Positions 57,731 through 64,000 of a stretch of 64,000 nucleotides of DNA are shown piece after piece. Each line of letters opens with the position of its first letter. Within the stretch, counting starts at the first letter, position 1. The stretch comes from an uncultured Candidatus Saccharibacteria bacterium (GTDB taxonomy: Bacteria > Patescibacteriota > Saccharimonadia > Saccharimonadales > Saccharimonadaceae), in assembly GCA_964558365.1 (NCBI GenBank), contig CAZLCC010000010.1:5361-69360 (forward strand), written 5' to 3'. Position numbers and translations under genes: made by a program. The notes under the pieces were generated by a model that was given only the letters and a program-made list of their open reading frames with translations, was not told the DNA's origin and ran no database searches.

Positions 57731-58287
57731 ATGCTCGCATTATTGCAGGAAAATATGGTGGCAGGACTATTAAAACACCACAAAAAATAACAACGCACCC
57801 AATGGCAGAGCGTGTGCGCGGGTCACTGTTTAACATCATAAATAATGAACTTGAAGGTGCGATGGTGCTCGATGCGTTTGCAGGGTCTGGCGCACTAGGC
57901 TTAGAGGCCTTAAGCCGGGGTGCCAAGCAAGCTTTGTTTATTGAAAAAGATCGAATTGCCCAGAAGGTAATTACGGAGAATATTGCTGCGTTAGGTGTTG
58001 AAAGCCAAGCAAAAGCTATAAAAGCACGAGTTGGCGCGTGGGATTCAACCGCGCCAGAAGAGAGCCAGTTTGATATTATTTTTGCTGACCCGCCATATCA
58101 TGATGTGCAGTTTTCCACAGTAGAAAAATTATTTAAGCGTTTAAAACCAAATGGGCTTATGGTATTATCACATCCAGATAGGGAGTGTGTGCCATCCATC
58201 AATGGAGTTGTTGTGGTGGACAATCGTAGTTATGGAGACGCGGTACTCACTCTCTATCGCCAAGAAAAGAGAGAAAAGTCTGCCTAA
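57727..58287 (+). CDS. rsmD: 16S rRNA (guanine966-N2)-methyltransferase RsmD
   Basis: RIIAGKYGGR, DAFAGSGALGLEALSRGA SAM motif, and the FADPPY catalytic motif. ATGA overlap with the upstream gene. Confidence 0.85.
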   Translation: MNARIIAGKYGGRTIKTPQKITTHPMAERVRGSLFNIINNELEGAMVLDAFAGSGALGLEALSRGAKQALFIEKDRIAQKVITENIAALGVESQAKAIKARVGAWDSTAPEESQFDIIFADPPYHDVQFSTVEKLFKRLKPNGLMVLSHPDRECVPSINGVVVVDNRSYGDAVLTLYRQEKREKSA

Positions 58288-58301
58288 ACTGGCAGTTTTT
58301 T
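58280..58301 (+). terminator. weak intrinsic terminator after rsmD
   Basis: CTGCC/GGCAG stem whose loop contains the TAA stop, followed by 6 T. Confidence 0.45.
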
Positions 58302-58321
58302 GTTATAATACTTTTTGTTGC

Positions 58322-58370
58322 GCGGATGTGGTGGCTGCGTGAAACGTAAGTTTTCTGTAGACACGCTAGT
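58322..58370 (+). pseudogene. partial copy of the tRNA-Leu 5' half (acceptor 5' strand to anticodon-stem 5' strand)
   Basis: GCGGATGTGGTGG (58322-58334) and GTAGACACGCTAGT (58357-58370) are identical to 58394-58406 and 58412-58425 of the tRNA. They are separated by 22 nt instead of 5 nt. No T arm or 3' acceptor strand. Confidence 0.6.
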
Positions 58371-58393
58371 GCGTGGATAGCAAAACAAATCAT

Positions 58394-58478
58394 GCGGATG
58401 TGGTGGAATTGGTAGACACGCTAGTCTTAGGAACTAGTGCCGTAAGGCGTGAAGGTTCAAGTCCTTTCATCCGCACCA
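58394..58478 (+). tRNA. tRNA-Leu (anticodon UAG), CCA encoded
   Basis: Hand-folded cloverleaf: acceptor GCGGATG/CATCCGC, anticodon stem CTAGT/ACTAG with loop CTTAGGA, long variable arm GCC-GTAA-GGC, T arm GAAGG-TTCAAGT-CCTTT, and a terminal ACCA. Confidence 0.9.
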
Positions 58479-58558
58479 TACCAGAATAAGATATAGAATT
58501 CAGGTGCAACACACTTGTTTTTTTATGTATGATTTTGCGGGATGTATATAGTAATTTG

Positions 58559-58828
58559 CTATATATTTGCAATAAATATCTGCACAGGAATATTTACAAA
58601 GAATGATACCCAAACCATATTATCCATATTCTCTACAATCTCACCAGTAAAGAGACCCCATAGACCCATTAGTACAGCAGTTATGGTCCACATGCTAAAA
58701 AACCAATATGCAAGCGTAGGGATTAGCCCACTGAAATGACTGAGCCAGAGTGCTAACAGTCCAGGAATAGCAGCAAACATCATACACCCTAGAAGTATTA
58801 AAATCTTTTTTATTATATCTCTTCCCAT
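58559..58828 (-). CDS. small hydrophobic membrane protein (about 89 aa, 3 TM), hypothetical
   Basis: Start set at the ATG at 58828 (MGRDII), preceded by AAAGG. The upstream part of the ORF covers the structured leader and terminator. Confidence 0.55.
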   Translation of the reverse strand: MGRDIIKKILILLGCMMFAAIPGLLALWLSHFSGLIPTLAYWFFSMWTITAVLMGLWGLFTGEIVENMDNMVWVSFFVNIPVQIFIANI

Positions 58829-58980
58829 TTTGCAACCTTTCTTTTTAAGAAAATTAAAAACGACACCGCAAGGTGTCTTACTTCCATTCACAAACCGGAA
58901 TAATCCGTCTTGTTTATGCGGTGCCGTTTTCAACGGATTACCGCAAAGGATTTGCGTCCGATTTATGATAAAAGTAAGAC
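58829..58980 (-). promoter_or_regulatory. riboswitch-like / attenuator leader with intrinsic terminator (class unknown)
   Basis: TGATATAAT extended -10 on the minus strand (58987-58995). Has a 9-bp closing helix, several mutually exclusive helices, and the terminator GACACC-UUGC-GGUGUC followed by U5 (58856-58877), all ahead of the SD. Confidence 0.45.
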
Positions 58981-59051
58981 TTTCTTATTATATCATTTTC
59001 TATCTGGTATAATATAGTTAAAGGAATGCCCTCATGATAGGGCTTATTTTT

Positions 59052-60881
59052 ATGACAGAAGCAAAAAATATACGAAACATTGCAATTATTGCGCACGTTG
59101 ACCATGGAAAAACAACCATGGTTGATGGACTTTTGAAGCAGAGCAATACTTTTCGTGACAATCAGGCAGAAATGAGCCAAGAGCTTATCATGGACAGCGG
59201 TGATCAAGAAAGAGAACGCGGTATTACCATTACTGCCAAGCAGACGACTGTTTATTGGGATGATATAAAAATTAATATCATTGATACGCCAGGTCATGCG
59301 GATTTTAGTGGCGAAGTAGAGCGAACCCTAAATATGGCAGACGGCGTACTCTTAATTGTTGATGCGCAGGAAGGCCCAATGCCACAAACAAAGTTTGTTT
59401 TGAGTAAAGCACTTGAACTGGGCTTAAAGCCAGTGGTGGTTATAAACAAAATAGATAAGCCTTCGCAGCGAGTTTCTGAGGTTAAAGACGAAATTGATGA
59501 TCTTTTTCTTGAGCTAGCCATAAACGAAGATCAGCTACACTATCCGATATATTATGCGATTGGTCGTGAAGGAAAAGCCTGGAAAGACCTCCCAAGTGAC
59601 TTAAGCGAAAAAGCAGATTTAACACCTATCTTTGAAGCAATTAAAAATGAGATTCCTGCTCCATCTGCAGAAGTCGATAAGCCATTCCAGCTACTTGTGA
59701 CATCACTGCAATACGATAGTTTTCTTGGCAAATATGCCATTGGCCGCATTACTCGTGGTAGTGCAAAAAAGAATATGCCAGTGGTGCTAATCAAAACAGA
59801 TGGTAGCAAGATTTCGGCAAAGATTGAAAAAGTATTTGTAAACCGAGGGCTAAATCGTGAAGAAGTCGAAACAGCGAGTGCAGGCGATATTGTGTCGCTA
59901 ACTGGAATTTCGCAAGCGCATATTGGTGAAACAATTGCCGATGCAGAAAATCCAGAAGCACTGCCTGTGCTTGAGGTTGAAGCGCCAACACTTAGTATGT
60001 ATCTTGGCCCAAACACAAGCCCGCTTAAAGGCAAAGAAGGTGAATTCACCACAAGTCGTCAAATTGGCGATAGGTTAAAAAAAGAACTCGAAACAAACGT
60101 TTCTCTTAGAATAAAAGAAGAAGGAATCGGCTTTATTGTTTCTGGTCGCGGTGAACTTCACTTAAGTGTTTTAATTGAAACACTTCGTCGCGAAGGCTAT
60201 GAGTTTGAAGTTGGTCGCCCGCAAGTGGTGACAATTGAAAAAGATGGCAAAACACAAGAGCCAGTTGAAGAGCTGATGATTGAAGTTGAGTCAGAATTTG
60301 TTGGCACCATTAGTCAAGAATTGGGACAGCGCCGTGCAGAGCTTAAAAAACAAGAACAAACAAGCAGCGGCGCAACGCGCAGCACATACATTATTCCTAC
60401 ACGTGCTTTAATTGGGCTTCGTAATCTTCTTTTAACAGCCACAAAAGGCACGGTTATTATGCATAGCTTGCCGCATGGCTATCAGCCAATGGGCGCTAAG
60501 ATGCAGCAAACTCGCAATGGTGCGCTTGTGGCAACCGAACCGGGTGTTACAACGCCATATGCACTGCAGGCCAGCGAAGCTCGTGGCATTTTGTTTATTG
60601 GCCCAGGAGTCACGGTATATCAAGGCATGATTGTCGGTGAATATAATCGCAAAGAAGACCTTGATGTAAATGTATGTCGCGCCAAGCAACTTACCAACAT
60701 CCGCAGTTCTTCAAGTGATGGCGCAGTCCAGCTAACACCACACACGCAATTAAGCTTAGAGCAGTCAATTGATTTTATTGAAGACGATGAGCTACTTGAA
60801 GTAACACCAAAAAACCTACGTCTTCGAAAGCGCTATTTAGATCCAAACGAACGAAAACGCCACGCAAAAAATAGTGTTTGA
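59052..60881 (+). CDS. typA: translational GTPase TypA/BipA
   Basis: [17 protein letters not shown]1 motif, DTPGH, NKID, and EF-G-like domains. An alternative start at 59034 follows AAAGGA. Confidence 0.9.
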   Translation: MTEAKNIRNIAIIAHVDHGKTTMVDGLLKQSNTFRDNQAEMSQELIMDSGDQERERGITITAKQTTVYWDDIKINIIDTPGHADFSGEVERTLNMADGVLLIVDAQEGPMPQTKFVLSKALELGLKPVVVINKIDKPSQRVSEVKDEIDDLFLELAINEDQLHYPIYYAIGREGKAWKDLPSDLSEKADLTPIFEAIKNEIPAPSAEVDKPFQLLVTSLQYDSFLGKYAIGRITRGSAKKNMPVVLIKTDGSKISAKIEKVFVNRGLNREEVETASAGDIVSLTGISQAHIGETIADAENPEALPVLEVEAPTLSMYLGPNTSPLKGKEGEFTTSRQIGDRLKKELETNVSLRIKEEGIGFIVSGRGELHLSVLIETLRREGYEFEVGRPQVVTIEKDGKTQEPVEELMIEVESEFVGTISQELGQRRAELKKQEQTSSGATRSTYIIPTRALIGLRNLLLTATKGTVIMHSLPHGYQPMGAKMQQTRNGALVATEPGVTTPYALQASEARGILFIGPGVTVYQGMIVGEYNRKEDLDVNVCRAKQLTNIRSSSSDGAVQLTPHTQLSLEQSIDFIEDDELLEVTPKNLRLRKRYLDPNERKRHAKNSV

Positions 60882-60929
60882 GTGCTGCGTAAATTGATTA
60901 AATAGCGTAAATATAGTAAGTTATGGAGT

Positions 60930-61232
60930 AATCACAGAGGGCAACCCTCCCTGCGCTCTTTGTTGATTTATTCTCTCGTGGTTAGCAGAACCGCATTTAT
61001 ACGAGAGAAAGAGATATATTTTTCAGCGCTGGCAGACGGCCACACTCAAAAATGTGTCTCGAACGGCCCCCAGGAGCCTAGCTTAAGCGCCGAACTACTG
61101 TTATTTCCGACTGGGTACCGTGCTCTGGACGATGCGCGGTAATTGGAAGACAGTGGATACATAAGCTAAATCCTGGGACTCTTACGGCCTGTCGCTTTGC
61201 TCTCGTTTTTGAGGGCAGGCGGCAGGCCTTTT
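60930..61232 (+). ncRNA. candidate structured ncRNA of unknown class
   Basis: G+C-rich 354-bp gap between convergent genes. Contains nested helices with G-U pairs that only work in the plus sense. Ends in a 10-bp stem followed by T4 (61186-61232). No credible ORF. Confidence 0.4.
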
Positions 61233-61235
61233 CAC

Positions 61236-61895
61236 TTACTTTTGGCAGTTGGCAATAATCTGCTTCATCGCATCATGCTCGGCTTGAGTTACCCATAAAT
61301 GATATTTTGTTTTTACTGAAATCTGTCGTGAAACATATTGGCAGCGGAACGGCTTATGCGGTGGCAGCCATGTTGCGGCGTCGCCATCGCTTTTTTGCAT
61401 ATTGGCTGGTCCGTCAACAGCTAATAGATTTAAGCCATCGTTTGCTAGCTCTATTCGTTTTTCCATTGTCAGCTGCTGTGCTCCTTTTTGCCATGCGTCT
61501 GAAAGCGCTACCACGTGATCTATTTGCACCTTGCTGCTTGTGCCTTTTCCGCGTTTAAATGCAATTTCTTTGTTCGTATACGGGTCATGCAATATGCCGC
61601 TATCAACTTTGCAATTATCTTCATTAAGAACAATATCTCTTAAATCTCTTTTTAAAATTCTATTTCGCGTATCGCAGCCTAAAGCCGTATCCCATCCGCC
61701 ACCAAATTGCTCACGGGTATAATTCGTTTTTGGCGCACGACCTTTAATCGGTAGTTTTTCAAGCTCTTTGCCGACTTCAGAGGTTTTAATAATTTCATCT
61801 GTCTTTTGCTCCTCAAATTGTGAATAGGCTGCTCCAAAAATAACTAACAGAGCTGTAATAAGCGCTAAAGCAAATCGTCTTTTGCGTTCTTTCAT
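61236..61895 (-). CDS. secreted HNH/DUF1524-type nuclease
   Basis: Signal/anchor helix followed by GGGWDT...CDTRN...IDHVVALSDAW...NLLAVDGPANMQKSD, which is typical of the DUF1524 (GmrSD C-terminal-like) His-Me finger. Its start overlaps the rarA stop. Confidence 0.75.
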   Translation of the reverse strand: MKERKRRFALALITALLVIFGAAYSQFEEQKTDEIIKTSEVGKELEKLPIKGRAPKTNYTREQFGGGWDTALGCDTRNRILKRDLRDIVLNEDNCKVDSGILHDPYTNKEIAFKRGKGTSSKVQIDHVVALSDAWQKGAQQLTMEKRIELANDGLNLLAVDGPANMQKSDGDAATWLPPHKPFRCQYVSRQISVKTKYHLWVTQAEHDAMKQIIANCQK

Positions 61896-63055
61896 TCTTT
61901 TATATCGCTAGGTAAAAAGCCTTTACCTTCTTTTGTATCGGGATATTTTTCATAATCTTTGCCATAGCCTAGGTTTTTCATGAGTTTTGTTGGGGCGTTG
62001 CGTAAATGCAGCGGCACTGGGCTTTCGGGATATCGCTTGGCTAAATCTTGCGCACTGTGCATTAAGTCTGTCACTTGGCGAGATTTCTTAGCTTTTGCTA
62101 GGGCTACGGCGCAGTGAAATAAATTATATTGACACTCTGGCATTCCAATGCGCTCAACTGCGGCGAATGTATCAACCGCTAGACCCAGCGCACCATTGCC
62201 AGCTAGCCCAATATCTTCACTGGCAAAAATAACCATGCGCCGGGCAATGAATTTTGGATCTTCACCCGCTTGTAACATGCGCGCAAGATAATAAAGCGTA
62301 GCCTTTTCGTCGCTGCCGCGCATGCTTTTAATGAATGCAGAAATAACGTTATAGTGCATTTCACCTTTTTTGTCGTAGCCTGGTAGGCGTTTTTGAGCTG
62401 CTGTTTTAATAGTTTCTGGTGTTACTTTTTTATCAAGCGAAAGAGCTAGTTCAAGATTATTTAAAGCAAGGCGCGCATCGCCACCTGAAAGCTCGGCCAA
62501 ATAATCAATCGCTTTAGGTGTTATTCGCTTCAGCGCTTTCTCTTCTTTTAAAGCTCGCTTAATAATGGTAGCAATATCTTCTTTACCGTGCGGCTCTAAA
62601 ACAAGCACGCGACTGCGCGAAAGTAGTGGATTGATAATTTCAAAACTTGGATTTTCTGTTGTAGCGCCAATAAGGGTAATAAGCCCAGATTCAACATGTG
62701 GCAAAAAAGCGTCTTGCTGCGCTTTGTTAAAGCGATGAATCTCATCAACAAATAAAATAGTGCGTTGCTGCAAATTCCAATTTGTTTTTGCCCGCTCGAT
62801 CACCTTTGTAATATCAGCTTTTCCAGAAGTAACTGCACTTAGTTCTATAAAATCAGCCTCAACTTCATTTGCAATAATGCGTGCTAAAGTGGTTTTACCG
62901 CTGCCCGGTGGACCCCATAAAATTAAACTCACCGGCTGTTTATTCTTTACAATTTGTTGCAAAATTTCATTCTCGCCCAAAAGCTGACGTTGCCCAATAA
63001 CGTCTTTTAAAGATTTCGGTCGCATGCGTTCTGCAAGGGGCTCTCTTTGATCCAT
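61892..63055 (-). CDS. rarA: replication-associated recombination protein A (RarA/MgsA)
   Basis: GPPGSGKTT Walker [11 protein letters not shown] Walker B/sensor, and a MgsA C-terminal domain (HLRNAPT). Confidence 0.9.
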   Translation of the reverse strand: MDQREPLAERMRPKSLKDVIGQRQLLGENEILQQIVKNKQPVSLILWGPPGSGKTTLARIIANEVEADFIELSAVTSGKADITKVIERAKTNWNLQQRTILFVDEIHRFNKAQQDAFLPHVESGLITLIGATTENPSFEIINPLLSRSRVLVLEPHGKEDIATIIKRALKEEKALKRITPKAIDYLAELSGGDARLALNNLELALSLDKKVTPETIKTAAQKRLPGYDKKGEMHYNVISAFIKSMRGSDEKATLYYLARMLQAGEDPKFIARRMVIFASEDIGLAGNGALGLAVDTFAAVERIGMPECQYNLFHCAVALAKAKKSRQVTDLMHSAQDLAKRYPESPVPLHLRNAPTKLMKNLGYGKDYEKYPDTKEGKGFLPSDIKE

Positions 63056-63089
63056 ACCTTATATTATAGCGTGTTATACTGTAGACACT

Positions 63090-64000
63090 ATGCAGCGCAT
63101 AACCGTCTTGTTGTTATTTGGCGGCGAATCGGCAGAGCACGAAGTGTCTATTGCCTCGGCTCGAAATGTGTTTGCAGCTCTTGATGATGAAAAGTTTGAT
63201 GTAAAGTTGGGTTTTATTGATAAAGCGGGAAAGTGGTGGCTTTTGCCAGCGCTTGAGCAAGTAGTTTCAACGCATGGACATCCGCAACTTGTGCCAGTTC
63301 TTGGCACTGGTCAGCTTACAACATTACCAGAGACGATTACGCTGCAGCCAGATGTTGTTTTGCCAATTCTTCACGGCCCGAACGGTGAGGACGGTACAAT
63401 TCAGGGGCTTGCCAAGCTGCTTCACGTGCCAATTGTAGGTAATGGGGTTGCCGCCTCGGCAATTTGTATGGATAAGGACTTTACCAAGCAAGTGCTTCAA
63501 AAGGCAAACCTCCCAACGGTTGATGGCAAAGTGCTCTATGCTTTTAATAACCATCCGTCATATGAAGATACGAAAGAAAAGTTAGGAGATGTGTTATTTG
63601 TAAAACCGGCTAATCTTGGTTCTTCGGTTGGAGTATATAAAGTCAAAAATCAAGAAGAATGGGAAGACGCGCTAGCCGGAGCATTTTTACATGACGAAAA
63701 AGTGCTTGTTGAGCGCGCGGTAGATGCAAAAGAGCTAGAGGCTGCTGTTTTGGGCGCCAAAAACAATATTGAGGTGAGTGGTGTAGGTGAAGTCAAGCCA
63801 GATGCAGAATTTTATAGCTATGAATCAAAATATGATGCTTCGAGCCAGTCAAAAATAATTATACCGGCAGAAATAGACGAAGCGACGACGGAAAAAATAC
63901 GCGACTACGCAAAGCAGGCATTTCAAGCTGTTGGTGGTGCAGGAATGGCGCGAGTTGATTTCTTTTTAGATGATCAGGGGAAGATTTATATTAACGAAAT
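63090..64000 (+). CDS. ddl: D-alanine--D-alanine ligase (5' partial, runs off the window)
   Basis: Hand translation from the ATG at 63090 gives MQRITVLLLFGGESAEHEVSIASARNV..., later GPNGEDGTIQGLAKLLHVP and an ATP-grasp region. It is absent from the ORF track because there is no stop codon inside the window. Confidence 0.9.
   Translation, partial: MQRITVLLLFGGESAEHEVSIASARNVFAALDDEKFDVKLGFIDKAGKWWLLPALEQVVSTHGHPQLVPVLGTGQLTTLPETITLQPDVVLPILHGPNGEDGTIQGLAKLLHVPIVGNGVAASAICMDKDFTKQVLQKANLPTVDGKVLYAFNNHPSYEDTKEKLGDVLFVKPANLGSSVGVYKVKNQEEWEDALAGAFLHDEKVLVERAVDAKELEAAVLGAKNNIEVSGVGEVKPDAEFYSYESKYDASSQSKIIIPAEIDEATTEKIRDYAKQAFQAVGGAGMARVDFFLDDQGKIYINE

Noticed and set aside
58322-58370. Second tRNA gene upstream of tRNA-Leu
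   Set aside because: Only the 5' half is present. There is no anticodon loop, variable arm, T arm or 3' acceptor strand, so it is treated as a fragment.
58829-58980. Leader as a known riboswitch class (fluoride, guanidine-II/III, preQ1-I, purine, TPP)
   Set aside because: The conserved cores are absent. These would be GGxGAUG...CUAC (fluoride), ACGR loops (guanidine-II), CUGAGA (TPP) and the purine three-way junction. It shows only loose resemblance to preQ1-I (a stem followed by an AUAAAC A-rich tail with pseudoknot potential) and to a CAAGACGG string in guanidine-III. That is insufficient for a call.
58938-59297. 119-aa minus-strand ORF spanning the typA 5' end and the typA/leader promoter region
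   Set aside because: It overlaps the conserved TypA G domain in antisense and runs through two promoters. The translation has no protein-like features.
60960-61142. 60-aa plus-strand ORF in the typA-downstream gap
   Set aside because: It has no SD and starts at a non-ATG codon. Its amino-acid sequence is implausible. It also lies entirely within helices of the structured G+C-rich region, so it is more likely non-coding.
60886-61232. Assignment of the structured region to tmRNA, RNase P RNA or SRP RNA
   Set aside because: I could not find a tRNA-like T arm/acceptor or an alanine-resume tag ORF ending in a hydrophobic tail, which tmRNA would need. I also found no GAGGAAAGUCC / ACAGAA..GGCUUA P4 strands (RNase P) and no GGAA-tetraloop domain IV motif (SRP) on either strand. 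The nearest look-alikes (GUAAGAGUCCCAGG on the minus strand, GGAAGACAG on the plus strand) are too imperfect. The class is left open.
1-64000. CRISPR arrays, rRNA genes, prophage/integrase, toxin-antitoxin pairs or known defence systems
   Set aside because: I saw no spaced direct-repeat array, no rRNA-like conserved blocks and no integrase, transposase, RT or Cas-like ORFs in either the track or the sequence.
1-64000. Alternative genetic code (UGA recoding, as in some CPR lineages)
   Set aside because: All housekeeping genes are full length and intact under the standard code and end at sensible positions, including at TGA stops.

Overview
This is a very gene-dense, moderately AT-rich bacterial chromosome segment made almost entirely of housekeeping genes on both strands. 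The genes are pheS/pheT, trxB, ppa, rel, a sugar-phosphate cluster (gap, rpiB, rpe-like, split transketolase, fba, PfkB-family kinase), uvrB, gatCAB, galU, dnaE, a PilB-like ATPase, malic enzyme, rplS, rnhB fused to yraN, pepN, nusA, clpC, radA, a PIN-TRAM protein, a class A PBP, tyrS, recG, rsmD, one tRNA-Leu(UAG), typA, rarA and the 5' part of ddl. Many genes overlap by a few nucleotides, convergent genes share stop codons, and many -10 boxes lie only 6-11 nt from start codons. The gene content and style (split transketolase, scattered type IV pilus parts, secreted nuclease, little biosynthesis) fit a reduced-genome Patescibacteria/CPR bacterium, probably Saccharibacteria-like. That placement is inference only. 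I saw no rRNA, CRISPR array, integrase, transposase or recognisable defence system. The items most worth a second look are: (1) a G+C-rich ~470-bp cassette bounded by inverted repeats, carrying an orphan 125-aa ORF and stacked hairpins, between maeB and rplS; (2) a riboswitch-like leader with mutually exclusive helices and an intrinsic terminator in front of a small membrane protein; (3) a ~300-nt G+C-rich structured intergenic region after typA that looks like an unclassified plus-strand ncRNA; (4) a perfect CIRCE operator over the clpC promoter; (5) a terminator inside the nusA leader; (6) a partial copy of the tRNA-Leu 5' half in its own leader; (7) a membrane-anchored HEPN-like protein inside the gatCAB operon; (8) an unknown 419-aa protein coupled to a SLOG/LOG-like protein. 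All functional calls come from reading motifs in the supplied translations. No database search was run.
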